Positions 27,762 to 38,060 of a stretch of DNA of 64,000 nucleotides are shown one piece after another; position 1 is the first letter of the stretch, and each line of letters begins with the position of its first letter. The DNA comes from Pseudomonadota bacterium (lineage in GTDB: Bacteria > Bdellovibrionota_C > UBA2361 > OMII01). A program made the translations under genes and the position numbers. Below the pieces are notes generated by a model. The model ran no database searches and was not told the origin of the DNA. It worked only from the letters and a program-made list of their open reading frames with translations. Location of the stretch: the NCBI GenBank assembly GCA_038134595.1, contig JAYPVM010000012.1:1-64000 (forward strand), in the 5' to 3' direction.

Positions 27762-30700
27762 TTATTGGATTATCTTTGATTTGGCTTTCGATGCTCGTAG
27801 GTCTACGCCCACACCTATCAGAAGCGCATGGAGCTTTCGCTTCACATTGGAGTCCTCAATAAACTTTGCCACATCGTCGAGCAAATTCGCATATCCTGGC
27901 TGATGGGCCCAGTAGGCGTTATAGGCACGGACTAGGAGCCCTCTAAAGCGTACACCCTTTGACTCAACTACCGAGCATAATTTTCTCTCAGTTTCAATAC
28001 CAAGGGGCGTGCCGTCTTTGGCACGTTTTATAATATCAAAAAGTTCTTCTGCCGTTTGGCATACTTCAGCTCCAAAGAGCCTGTGGGTTAACCGCAACAT
28101 AATGTCAGAATTAAATTTCTTTGCCCAAGCTACCTTCATCAGGTCTTCATCAAAATTACGATGATAGGCAAGAAGCACCTGATAGTTCATTTCATCCATC
28201 CAGTTTACATCCTCTGGAATCCTTGGATTAGGGTGCTGTTTTGTCGAAGGCTCAAAGATTGCTAAAACCTCCTCTTCCAGCTTTTCGGATGTCGTAGAGA
28301 GTAATTCATGTAATTCCTCTGCCACATCGTGCGCAGAGTAGCCATCTAAATGCAAAAGCACCTCGTTTATTGGCTCTAAGTCGACCTTCATCTCCTTGAT
28401 TGTTCGTCGGAGGCCGACCTCAGGATTAAGTAAATCAAAGACTTGTTCGATAGTCCGCTGGTCGTGCTGGTAGTCGCGTAAAAGACTTATGACCATTTCG
28501 ATATCAACTGCATCAAAGTACTGCAATAGCTGTGATGTCACCTCGGGAGCAACCCCCTCTAAGTGACATATCAACTCGGCAAAAACAGGGGGCGTTATCT
28601 CCATACGAGCCGCCCCAAACTTTAAATGAAGACGTAATCGCGGAAATGCCAGATCGAAGCCACGTTCAAACCCTAGTGCACGGAGAGATGACTGCGACAC
28701 CTGTTCTCGGAGCGGCTCTATATCATCAGGGGTCATGCGACTGCCTTCTCGCAGGCACTTTCTACACGCATAAATCTCTGGCAGTAATGCTACAGAGATA
28801 TTCTCTAAGAATAAATCCTCGGCATTAGCACTACTAAATTGCTCGAGCAGAAAATTACTAAGCGATACGAAATGGGCCTTCTCAAAACCTGCACTAATGG
28901 TAGCCAGTAGCGAGGGTGGAAAGTTCGCAAATTCTGATACTGCTGTTGGTTGCGAGTAAATTCGCTCGACAACATTTGGAAGATCTACTCCGGCAAACAG
29001 AAGCTCTACACTTAGAAAGGCTTCAGATGTCATACAACTTTGAAGGGCATCTCGAAGCGCCATTGGCGGGTCGGTCAAATCAAAAAATGCGCGCTCTATT
29101 CGATGGAGCTCATCAACTTCCTTAGCCGCCAAAAAATCATAGATGGCTTTGTCTTTGTCTCCCACGGCACCTTCGTAGTCTAAAATCCCTGCAAGAGTCA
29201 TAGCCTCGCGCTCATCGACCTCTGTGCTTGTATACGAATAGTGCCATACCGTGTTGGCAGGTTCATCTCCTCGATAGCGGGCTAGGATATCTACATGGAC
29301 CGGAATTCTTCCCTCGCCGTGAAGGTAGCGCCCTATAACAGAAGCTCTCGTATGTGCTTCGTGGGATGCTTGCTTCTCGGCAAAGCTTAGATTCAGATCA
29401 TCCTCAAGCCGTCGTGAGAAAAGCACCTCATACGCCTTTTGAACCAAGAGGCATACCGAAGGTGGGGCATACTGTATGGGTGCTAAAACCTCGATAATAT
29501 CACTCGAGCACGAAATTCTTTCAGCAATTACCTGGGCCATTAGGCGTGGCTCTAAAATTCCTAGGGAGGGAAACAGCAAAGGGTCGAGTTCGTATCCGTA
29601 CGAGTCATACAGTGCTTGATTGGTGTCGAGAAACCGTTCGGGAGTAAGTGCGGCAATTCGCTCTGAGATTAACTCATAGGCGTTGTATACTCGATGTTGC
29701 ACCGAGTCTTTTCCCCGCCACATTCGACTTTTGCCAAATCTTCTTAGGTATCCACCGATTCCTTGCGTGTAGTCCCGGTCTGCCGTATCAACGGGATCGC
29801 TTAAGAAATCCTCTATTCCAGGTTTTACGGTATTGGGATACAGAAGCGCATGAATCTCTATCGCTTCTTGTTGCGGCGACCATCCATCAAGAAGAGAGCC
29901 TAGCCTATCGATCTGTATAGGCTTAAACCTTCTTTGCAGATGGGCAAAGAGTCCTATCTCTGATTCATCCTGTTCAAGTTTTCCAAAATCACAGTAAAAA
30001 CGTCTTACGAGGTTCATTTCCTGAGCACTTCGCCCCAAAAATAGATATTTTAGAGCTCGCGAGTCGTCTCGAACACGAAACGCCTCGAGTTTTTTCTTCT
30101 TTCCGACCTCTCCGCCGCCGATACTCCGTCGAGCAGGCGCTTGCAGGTCTGGCTCTTCCTTTGGGTTTAGAATTGCATGGGCTTGCCGTGCCAGCTCCTT
30201 GTACGGTAGAAGAAAAAACTCTTCTCTCACAGCAGACAACTGCCTTTCTGTAAGCGTTAAGAGGATGTCAGTGATGCGAGTTTCCTTGTCAGCGTGCGAG
30301 CCGTAGTAGAGCTCCCATAGGTCTTGCGCCAAACTTTCAACGTCAAGACCCTCTGCGATTCTTGTGATTACATCCGACTGCTCATGACCCACCCGCTTTA
30401 TGATTTGATGACTAATTTCAGGCCGCTCTCCCCTATCTCGTATGAGCGTGTAGTAATGCTCGGTAAAAAACTCATTTGCCTTATCAAGGATCATACGAGC
30501 TTCTTTGGGAGATTTGTCACCGACTACGACATTAATTGCACTCAAATACAGGTCAACTTCTCCCTCTCGTTGGCGCTGGGCGAGCTGGTATATTTGATGC
30601 GCAAGTGCTTCGGCACGTTCTTCATGCTCAAGCTCTTGTGCATTAAACTCCTTTGGGGTTAGTCGTGGAGGCACCTCTGGGGTAGCAGCGATGTTCTGGG

Positions 30701-30920
30701 CTAGTGCTTCTAGTTTCTCAATTCCACCAAGGTGTCCAATCGTGCGGTAGAATTGGTCAAACACCTCTCCCTCAGAGAGAAGCTTCTTGCGAGCTGCTTC
30801 CTCTTCTCGCTCTTGTTGCTCGACTACCTCCTCTGACAAGATAGGCTCGTCAGATTCTTTGGGGGCTAGCACGCCTCGGCGAAATACGATCTTTTTTTCT
30901 TTATCGTTAGAATGAGTCAT
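27762..30920 (-). CDS. Large helical protein with degenerate annexin-like repeats
   Basis: Segments such as 'DVESLAQDLWELYYGSHADKETRITDILLTLTERQLSAVREEF' and 'EAMTLAGILDYEGAVGDKDKAIYDFLAAKEVDELHRIERAF' resemble the annexin repeat pattern. Confidence 0.55.
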   Translation of the reverse strand: MTHSNDKEKKIVFRRGVLAPKESDEPILSEEVVEQQEREEEAARKKLLSEGEVFDQFYRTIGHLGGIEKLEALAQNIAATPEVPPRLTPKEFNAQELEHEERAEALAHQIYQLAQRQREGEVDLYLSAINVVVGDKSPKEARMILDKANEFFTEHYYTLIRDRGERPEISHQIIKRVGHEQSDVITRIAEGLDVESLAQDLWELYYGSHADKETRITDILLTLTERQLSAVREEFFLLPYKELARQAHAILNPKEEPDLQAPARRSIGGGEVGKKKKLEAFRVRDDSRALKYLFLGRSAQEMNLVRRFYCDFGKLEQDESEIGLFAHLQRRFKPIQIDRLGSLLDGWSPQQEAIEIHALLYPNTVKPGIEDFLSDPVDTADRDYTQGIGGYLRRFGKSRMWRGKDSVQHRVYNAYELISERIAALTPERFLDTNQALYDSYGYELDPLLFPSLGILEPRLMAQVIAERISCSSDIIEVLAPIQYAPPSVCLLVQKAYEVLFSRRLEDDLNLSFAEKQASHEAHTRASVIGRYLHGEGRIPVHVDILARYRGDEPANTVWHYSYTSTEVDEREAMTLAGILDYEGAVGDKDKAIYDFLAAKEVDELHRIERAFFDLTDPPMALRDALQSCMTSEAFLSVELLFAGVDLPNVVERIYSQPTAVSEFANFPPSLLATISAGFEKAHFVSLSNFLLEQFSSANAEDLFLENISVALLPEIYACRKCLREGSRMTPDDIEPLREQVSQSSLRALGFERGFDLAFPRLRLHLKFGAARMEITPPVFAELICHLEGVAPEVTSQLLQYFDAVDIEMVISLLRDYQHDQRTIEQVFDLLNPEVGLRRTIKEMKVDLEPINEVLLHLDGYSAHDVAEELHELLSTTSEKLEEEVLAIFEPSTKQHPNPRIPEDVNWMDEMNYQVLLAYHRNFDEDLMKVAWAKKFNSDIMLRLTHRLFGAEVCQTAEELFDIIKRAKDGTPLGIETERKLCSVVESKGVRFRGLLVRAYNAYWAHQPGYANLLDDVAKFIEDSNVKRKLHALLIGVGVDLRASKAKSKIIQ

Positions 30921-30973
30921 TGATTACTGAAATCCCCTGACGATGAGAAGGGCTTGTCACGGGTACAGCGCTT

Positions 30974-33145
30974 CTATGCATACTCCATCTCAAGCCATGC
31001 TCTTTCTCTACGGTCTCTATCGGGGTCTTCCACAATATCCTGAAGGATTATGCGCCCTAACCTGGCATAAATTACATCCTGTGAGGCGTTCTTGCCGTCC
31101 ATATAGAGTGGGTCGAGGAAATCAGGATGAAATCGAAGCATATGGTTCATAACTGCCCTATCGTGCTCGGATTTTGCAATCATTGCCCACACGTTCTTTC
31201 CTATCCAACCGAAGTCTTTGGTGCCCCAGCTTAATAACTTTTGAACGTAGTGGCCAATAGCTACGAGTTCCTCTGGCGCTGGTGGTCGCTCAAATTGATA
31301 CGAGCCTTGGCTGTTTCTCATTCTGTCTGCGACCCATACTAGGTTATTAACAAGCTGTGGCGCACACTGTTTCGAGAGCACTCGACGCTCCAATGTCGAA
31401 TCAAGGTATGACATCTTCATTGGATGCACACGTCGAAGGAATGCATCATCAAGTGTTCTGTTAAAGTTCTTTGTAAAGATGATAAGAAGGTTATCAATAT
31501 TACAATCAATCGGGGGCCGAGACTCTAGCCAGATTCGCCCATCTTGTACGGGACCAAGGAAGAACGTGTCGATATGCCCCTCTACTTTATCGATCTCATC
31601 GATAAGAAGAATCACTGGCTGGCTCTGAGACTTTAAGAACGCTCTGGAGAGAATCCCTAAGTTCATTAGTTTCTCTTTGCTGGTATTTTCTTGTCCCGCC
31701 ATAGAGGACGCAATAGCCAATGAAGATGGTACTTCGATAAGATGCGATGTATCCATGCCGTGGTAACAACTTAGACACATAAACTCTGCGCCTGTTATCT
31801 TCGCTAGCGACTTCGCCAAAAAACTCTTTCCGCAACCCGAAGGGCCTTCTAGAAGAATAGCGCGGGTTCTATCAGATGGAGAGGTCAGAAGAAGTGTCAT
31901 TTGTGTTGCGGTAAAGCGTGCACACTGGTATCCCACTGCGGCTAATCGTCTCGCCATCTCTTCTGGATCATCAAATTGTGTGAGACCAACTTTCTCTGGT
32001 TTGTAGGCCTTACCTCGCCTCTTAGCATCCGGGTCTTCTACAATACCCTCAAGCAACCATCGTCCAAGCCGGGCATAGATCTGCTCAAGTGTGGCATTTC
32101 GATTGTCGGGGACAAGCGGGTCTGCAAACATCGGATGATACCGCATCATTTGCTCAAAAATCGTTCTGTCATGCTCTGATTTTGCAAGCATGTAGAAGAG
32201 ATTTTTTCCGATAAATGCGTAATCGATTAGGTCCCAGGTAAGTAAGTGTTTTAGATAGTGCGCCGCTTTTAACAGCTCTTCTGGAGCAGGAGGCCTGTCA
32301 AACGGATAGCTTCCGTCTGAAGCCCGCATGATATCTGCAACACGAATCAGATTCTGCGCTAAGATATCAGAACAGTGCGGAGCTAGTACTCGACGCTCAA
32401 GGCTTGAGTCCATAAAGCTCATCTTCAAAGGGTGTACACGTCGAAGGAGTGCTTCGTTTATGGGTCGCTCAAAGTTCTTGGTGAAAATGATTAAAAGGTT
32501 ATCGAGATTTGCATCGATAGGTGGCTGTGATTCTGGCCAGATTCGAGCATCTTGAATTGGTCCTAAAAAGAACGTATCGATTGCAACATCGACTTTATCA
32601 ATCTCATCGATTAATAGAATTACTGGCTTTTCTTGAGATGTTTTAAACGCCCTTGAGATAGGCCCCAATGTCATAAGGTCATCTACATTAGCCGCTTCCT
32701 TCCCTGCCATGGCATTTACCATGCCCAACGTCGATGGCATCTCAATTAAGTGCTGAAGGTTCATTCCTTTGAAACATTGGATGCACATCAGCTCTGCGCC
32801 AGAGATCTTGGCGAGTGATTTTGCCATAAAGCTCTTACCACAACCCGATGGGCCTTCAAGAAGAATGCATTTTACACTGTTGATTTTTGTATTGAGCAAA
32901 AGAGACATCTGCACCGCGTAAAACGGCAAGCAGTGATACCCAACGTCTGCTAGCTTCATCTCAAGTTGTTCGGGGTTTCCTACTTTAGAGAATCCTATGT
33001 GCTCTGGCGTGTAGGTTGAATGAAAGTTTGGGTTTACCATTCCCAATTCACTGCCATCAGTTTTCGGCACATAGCCTTGCGCGCCATCTCTGTTTCGAAA
33101 TGTTATCTTCTTACGAGCTGTTGCGGCAGTATCCTCGTTTGTCAT
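30974..33145 (-). CDS. Tandem double MoxR/CoxD-like AAA+ ATPase
   Basis: Two highly similar halves, each with 'ILLEGPSGCGKSF', 'LLIDEIDK', 'IFTKN' and 'L/FLRR'. Start at MTNED (33145) or 33175. Confidence 0.88.
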   Translation of the reverse strand: MTNEDTAATARKKITFRNRDGAQGYVPKTDGSELGMVNPNFHSTYTPEHIGFSKVGNPEQLEMKLADVGYHCLPFYAVQMSLLLNTKINSVKCILLEGPSGCGKSFMAKSLAKISGAELMCIQCFKGMNLQHLIEMPSTLGMVNAMAGKEAANVDDLMTLGPISRAFKTSQEKPVILLIDEIDKVDVAIDTFFLGPIQDARIWPESQPPIDANLDNLLIIFTKNFERPINEALLRRVHPLKMSFMDSSLERRVLAPHCSDILAQNLIRVADIMRASDGSYPFDRPPAPEELLKAAHYLKHLLTWDLIDYAFIGKNLFYMLAKSEHDRTIFEQMMRYHPMFADPLVPDNRNATLEQIYARLGRWLLEGIVEDPDAKRRGKAYKPEKVGLTQFDDPEEMARRLAAVGYQCARFTATQMTLLLTSPSDRTRAILLEGPSGCGKSFLAKSLAKITGAEFMCLSCYHGMDTSHLIEVPSSLAIASSMAGQENTSKEKLMNLGILSRAFLKSQSQPVILLIDEIDKVEGHIDTFFLGPVQDGRIWLESRPPIDCNIDNLLIIFTKNFNRTLDDAFLRRVHPMKMSYLDSTLERRVLSKQCAPQLVNNLVWVADRMRNSQGSYQFERPPAPEELVAIGHYVQKLLSWGTKDFGWIGKNVWAMIAKSEHDRAVMNHMLRFHPDFLDPLYMDGKNASQDVIYARLGRIILQDIVEDPDRDRRERAWLEMEYA

Positions 33146-33545
33146 AGAAAACCTCTGTCTGGTGCGCCTATTCAAAAAAACCCCTTTATTCTTCCAACAC
33201 TAGAATGCGGGGCAAATCAGCATCGAGCATAGTCTCTTTAACTATTTCGACCTGTAGTTTTTAGTCTGCAGGAGGGATCGATATGCTTCAGGTTATTCTG
33301 GAGATGTTGTTGGCACTGTGGTGTTTTCTCCTTCTAAAGAGCCGCTAAATACCTGAAAATAGGTGCAATGCCTATCCTAAACAGTAAAAGCGCTCCGAGA
33401 CGTTGAGCATTTTGCAGAATGAGCCGTACATGCACTTTGCAGGGAGATGCGCGTAAGGGTACTCGTACAGAGCGCCCGTCAGATATCGCTCTGCGACTGC
33501 GAAAGCAAAAGAATTGCTAATGGATTAGTAGTTTGGTGTAACAAG

Positions 33546-34412
33546 ATGTTAGTCTCAATTGCTTCAAATATTCTCGCTCTGCGCCTAGCGCGCACCCTCA
33601 ACTCAACCGCAAATCAGCTAGGCGTCTCTGCACAACGTCTTTCATCTGGCTCCAGAATAACGAAGTCTGCAGATGACCCGGCAGGTTCCTCGCTGGCTAA
33701 ATCTCTCCAAAATGATAGTCGATTAATGATTACCGCAATTCGTAATGCAAACGATGCGCTTTCTGTAACCAATATTGCTGATGCGGGATTAGCCGAGATA
33801 TCTAACATCATCTCTCGGATGTCAGAGCTTGCTCTTCAGAGCTCAAATGGCTCGTATACGAACGTGCAACGCTCTGCGCTGCAACTAGAATTTACTGCGC
33901 TTGGCTCTGAAATTGACAGAATCTCTCAAAGTGTCGAATTTAACAAAATACCCCTACTTTCAAATAGCAGTGCTTTTGTAGCCCAAGTGGGAATCGACGG
34001 AAGCGCAAATTCGCAGATAGTGATCGACTCGGTGCTAGCGACCACATCTTTTTTGGCGATTGGAACAGGCGCATCGCTTACATATTCTCTGACAGGGGCA
34101 ACTACACTCGAGGCCATATCTGCATCGAGACTGGCCTACTCCGCTTTAGATACGGCGGCAGATTCGATTAATCTGCAACAGGGTATTGTGGGTGCGGTTG
34201 CAGGGCGACTCTCATCTGCGATTAACTTTCTCTCAGTTACCAGAGAGAATATTCTCGCCGCTGAAGCTCAGATAAGTGATGTCAACCTCGCAGAAGAATT
34301 TGCAAATTTCACCCGACTCTCGGTTTTACAAAACATCCAAGTCTCACTATCCGCGCAAGCAAATCAACAGCCGGCATTGGTGGCAAATTTATTAACAGAT
34401 GCAACTAAGTGA
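33546..34412 (+). CDS. fliC: Flagellin (short; D0/D1 only)
   Basis: 'RLSSGSRITKSADDPAG', 'IRNANDALS', 'RMSELALQSSNG', C-terminal 'ISDVNLAEEFANFTR…AQANQQP'. Confidence 0.92.
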   Translation: MLVSIASNILALRLARTLNSTANQLGVSAQRLSSGSRITKSADDPAGSSLAKSLQNDSRLMITAIRNANDALSVTNIADAGLAEISNIISRMSELALQSSNGSYTNVQRSALQLEFTALGSEIDRISQSVEFNKIPLLSNSSAFVAQVGIDGSANSQIVIDSVLATTSFLAIGTGASLTYSLTGATTLEAISASRLAYSALDTAADSINLQQGIVGAVAGRLSSAINFLSVTRENILAAEAQISDVNLAEEFANFTRLSVLQNIQVSLSAQANQQPALVANLLTDATK

Positions 34413-34532
34413 ATATACATTGAGATAAAGAGCGATAAAATGAGGAAAGCTCCGTATAATAGCGCACACAAAAGCACATATCGTGCATACTATTATCAGA
34501 ACTCCTCCTTGGATAGCATTGAGCAATAGACT

Positions 34533-34868
34533 ATGAAATCACAACGCAATGCAAAGCATCAATACCGCTCGAAACGCTCTCAACGTGGCGAGGCTGAAAT
34601 GGCGATCTTTGCCATTGTTGTTCTAATTGCAGGGCTCATATCTGGGACCTTCTGGATTTTACAATGGGTCAAAGAAAATAAGTATTCAGAGCGAGAGGCG
34701 CGTAAACTCGAGTTCCTTCGCCAGATGAAAATGAGCCAATATGCCAACAGACGCGATCCAGCGGAGTATTTAGCACGGTGCGAAAAACCGGTCTGGGCGC
34801 TACTTCAAACCAAATATGAATGCACAGTTCTTCCTGAGTCGTACGGAGAACTGTGGCTCCATCCTTAG
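34533..34868 (+). CDS. Small membrane-anchored hypothetical protein (weak prepilin-like N-terminus)
   Basis: Basic leader ending 'SQRG' followed by a hydrophobic helix. Confidence 0.55.
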   Translation: MKSQRNAKHQYRSKRSQRGEAEMAIFAIVVLIAGLISGTFWILQWVKENKYSEREARKLEFLRQMKMSQYANRRDPAEYLARCEKPVWALLQTKYECTVLPESYGELWLHP

Positions 34869-34901
34869 GTAAGGATCATATCAAAACGTTTTGCAGTCTC
34901 G

Positions 34902-35144
34902 TTACTCTTTTACCTCAGATTCATCTGAAGGCTCGCTCGCTTCCGTTGCACCCATATCAGGAATCGCCAAAGGATGTAGTGCCCCGCTCGCCCTTAGCTT
35001 CTCTTCCTCAGTAAGAAGAATCAACACTACAGGAAGACTTGTCGTCTCAATCATCGCCGTACACTTATTACGCTCAGCATAGCTATCCAGAAGCCATTGA
35101 AAATCGGGATCGCCAACCTCATGAGAAAAAATTGCTCGTGTCAT
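34902..35144 (-). CDS. Small hypothetical protein
   Basis: GGAGGAG RBS before ATG; 80 aa, acidic tail. Confidence 0.6.
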   Translation of the reverse strand: MTRAIFSHEVGDPDFQWLLDSYAERNKCTAMIETTSLPVVLILLTEEEKLRASGALHPLAIPDMGATEASEPSDESEVKE

Positions 35145-35904
35145 AACTACTCCTCCATGAGTACCTATCTAATGTGAGGGTTGTGGTTTGTCCTGAGTAC
35201 TGTAGCTTGCAGACCAACCAATTCCCTTTACGCACAGCCTGTAGAGAATCCATTCTCTACGCAGGCACAGACCACCACCTGACAGAGTGCGCTCTTATAT
35301 GTCGCTGGTGCCACTCTGTGCATATATGTGGATTCGACGAGCTGGCACTAATACTTGAGGGGCTATTATCAGGAGTTCTTCGGGTATTTAAGTTTTCCGC
35401 AAGAAGGCAGCGCCCCATTAGAGCCTAAGAAAATCTGGCAATAGGCACTCAACCATATAGAAATACAGCAGAAAAACCAGCATCTGAACACAACACCGCC
35501 GCTAGTGACAATTGCATCGAAGCGGACGTTTTAGTAAAACGCGTTTCTACTTGTAAATTTGGGTGGGTGTTTATCTCAATAACAGCCGACCTAACCACTC
35601 TTTTTTAAGGCAGTTAATGCGCCCCCTCCCTTGAGAATTATTCCGCTCACCCGTACACTACCGCCCATGGCGATTTTAGAATCGAGGCCAGTTTATCGGA
35701 GAATGCCTCGGTTGTTTTTGTAAGGGAACAGTGAGAGAAGCCTCTCGTTCCTGCCTCGTAGAAAGCTCAAAGGGGCACACGATAAGGCTCGTGTTGGATG
35801 CAAGGCACCCTCTCGAAATTGCGATAGATGCGTCGAGTGTAAAGAACCCTGCCGCCGACTGTGAAAACGAGGTGCAAGAGGGCGCAAGAGACAGTTTTTG
35901 ATTA

Positions 35905-37155
35905 ATGAACACAGCAGTAACTCCAGTTCTTTTCGAACAAGAACAACATACAATTGAAAAATACGACATCGATGATGACGCCCGAAAGATCGTCTATCGA
36001 CTCCAACGCGCTGGCTTTAAAGCGTACGTCGTCGGAGGTGGGGTGCGAGATCTTCTGCTGGGAAAAACACCAAAAGACTTTGACATATCAACCGACGCCT
36101 CGCCGGGGCAGATCAAATCTCTTTTTCGAAACTGTCGCATCATTGGAAGGCGCTTTAAACTTGCGCATATCTTTTTTGCTCGGGGGAAAATCATTGAAGT
36201 CTCTACTTTTCGAGATTCAATAGAAGCGCCCGACAGTGGCGACAATCTAGCGGGTCCAATCAAAAACGACAATCTATACGGCACCGAAGAAACAGATGCC
36301 ATTCGAAGAGATTTGACGATCAATGGGTTATTCTTAGATGTCTCGACGATGACTGTTATTGATTACGTCAACGGAATGCACGATCTGCATCAGGGAATTG
36401 TTCGGATTATCGGAGATCCAACAACCCGCTTCACAGAAGATCCTGTGCGAATGCTTCGTGCTGTGCGCCATGCGGCTCGAAGCGGCTTCCGAATTGATGA
36501 AACATGTTGGAAGGCGATTATCGATAACGCGGCACTTCTCACGCAGAGTTCACAGGTCAGAGTTTTTGATGAATTGCGAAAAGATGTAAGCTCTGGATGT
36601 TTCTTGTCGATCTTATCGCTCTTAGGTGACACGGGGCTCCTTGAGTTTATTTTGCCCGAGTTATTAGAAAACAACGGCCGACTACTCTCTGCAGAGAGTG
36701 ATTTTAGCCTCTGTCTTGAGCGAATCGATGACATGGTACAGAACGGCGTCGAGATGTCGGCTACTACGGTTCTGGCAATTATCGCGTTGTTTATCTCCGG
36801 AGATTCAATTTGGCTCCGTGATTTAGTCGAGGATCTTGCTCGGAGCAAAGGGCTCGCCGAGCGACTCGATGACTGCTTTACATCACTGACCGTTCCTCGC
36901 AAAGAACGTGAACGAATCCTGATGCTCATTCAAAAATGGATCAAAATTCGCAACACCGATCCAAGTGTATTTCGAGCAGGCTCCTATAAACGGCTCACCC
37001 TTCTACCCGATTTACTCCTTCTCTTAGAAATAACACAATTTACAAAAGAAGATGGCACGAGGCTTCAAATTCTAAAGTCTCTACTTGACTCAAACCAATC
37101 TGTACATAACCATCACAAGAAAACCAAAGGTTCTCGACGTATCAAACGAATGTAA
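35905..37155 (+). CDS. pcnB: Poly(A) polymerase I
   Basis: '[12 protein letters not shown]…PKDFD', PAP-type '[11 protein letters not shown]', 'RRDLTINGL', 'EDPVRMLRA'. Confidence 0.93.
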   Translation: MNTAVTPVLFEQEQHTIEKYDIDDDARKIVYRLQRAGFKAYVVGGGVRDLLLGKTPKDFDISTDASPGQIKSLFRNCRIIGRRFKLAHIFFARGKIIEVSTFRDSIEAPDSGDNLAGPIKNDNLYGTEETDAIRRDLTINGLFLDVSTMTVIDYVNGMHDLHQGIVRIIGDPTTRFTEDPVRMLRAVRHAARSGFRIDETCWKAIIDNAALLTQSSQVRVFDELRKDVSSGCFLSILSLLGDTGLLEFILPELLENNGRLLSAESDFSLCLERIDDMVQNGVEMSATTVLAIIALFISGDSIWLRDLVEDLARSKGLAERLDDCFTSLTVPRKERERILMLIQKWIKIRNTDPSVFRAGSYKRLTLLPDLLLLLEITQFTKEDGTRLQILKSLLDSNQSVHNHHKKTKGSRRIKRM

Positions 37156-37165
37156 TCTCTTCTCT

Positions 37166-37894
37166 ATGACGACAAAGCTTTTCACCGACAACGTATCAAA
37201 GAGCTATGGCGGTCGAACCGTGGTGAAAGGTGTATCGATATCCGTTGGCGCTGGGGAGGTAGTGGGGCTTCTTGGACCAAATGGCGCCGGAAAAACGACG
37301 ACATTTTATATGTGCGTTGGTCTCGCCGCCCCCGATTCCGGTGCGGTATACTTGGGAGAGCGTGATATTACAAAAGAGCCTATGTACTCGCGCGCGCGAC
37401 TTGGCATTGGATACCTTCCTCAAGAGGCATCAGTGTTTCGAAAACTATCGGTGAGAGACAACATACTGGCTATCCTCGAGACTATGGATTTTTCTTCCGT
37501 TCACGACAGAGAGCATCGACTCCAAGAGCTACTCGAAGAACTGGGAGTTTCCCACGTGCAAAATTCAATGGCGAGCGCTCTCTCTGGAGGAGAAAGGCGA
37601 CGTGTCGAGATCAGTAGATGCTTAGCAAGAAACCCCCAGTTTATACTTCTTGATGAACCCTTTGCCGGCATTGATCCGCTGGCAATTAAAGACATCCAAG
37701 ACATCGTAGCGACTCTGCAAACTAAAGGAATCGGTGTGCTCATAACAGATCACAACGTTCGGGAGACTCTGGGCATCTGCAATCGATCATACATTCTCGT
37801 AGACGGTTCGGTCCTTGAAGAGGGCACTCCGGAGCATATCGCCAATTCAGAGAAGGCACAGCGGTACTATTTAGGTGGTGATTTCTCACTGTAG
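37166..37894 (+). CDS. lptB: LPS export ABC ATP-binding protein
   Basis: 'GPNGAGKTT', '[12 protein letters not shown]', '[11 protein letters not shown]', 'DEPFAGIDP', 'TDHNVRETL'; directly upstream of rpoN. Confidence 0.95.
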   Translation: MTTKLFTDNVSKSYGGRTVVKGVSISVGAGEVVGLLGPNGAGKTTTFYMCVGLAAPDSGAVYLGERDITKEPMYSRARLGIGYLPQEASVFRKLSVRDNILAILETMDFSSVHDREHRLQELLEELGVSHVQNSMASALSGGERRRVEISRCLARNPQFILLDEPFAGIDPLAIKDIQDIVATLQTKGIGVLITDHNVRETLGICNRSYILVDGSVLEEGTPEHIANSEKAQRYYLGGDFSL

Positions 37895-37944
37895 CGCGCC
37901 CTTAACCCACCAAAATCACACGGGATTCAAAAAGAACTTCAATG

Positions 37945-37960
37945 TGGGACGATTTTTGCA
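37945..37960 (+). promoter_or_regulatory. Putative sigma-54 -24/-12 element upstream of rpoN
   Basis: TGGGACGATTTTTGCA: GG-N10-GC spacing, one mismatch to TGGCACG-N4-TTGC. Confidence 0.5.
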
Positions 37961-38060
37961 TATCTTTTTTGCACTTTCTTAGTCCCTCCCCCCCCTTTGT
38001 CGTCATCTATTAAAGATAGACGATGGTCAACGGCGGCCACCATTTGGGAACAAACACGCT

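Noticed and set aside
34441..34455. GAGGAAAGCTCC resembling RNase P P4
   Set aside because: Mismatch to GAGGAAAGTCC, no space before the next ORF and no 3' partner motif.
35320..35345. GGATTCGAC resembling the tmRNA 5' end
   Set aside because: No GGGG acceptor-stem start and no T-arm/CCA end downstream.
35720..35880. Cobalamin riboswitch
   Set aside because: AGGGAA and ACTGT-like words occur, but B12-box elements and their order are missing, and the downstream gene is unrelated.
36390..36929. Long antisense ORFs (also 12361-12888, 13390-13893, 42839-43297, 57421-57861)
   Set aside because: Shadow frames opposite well-supported genes.
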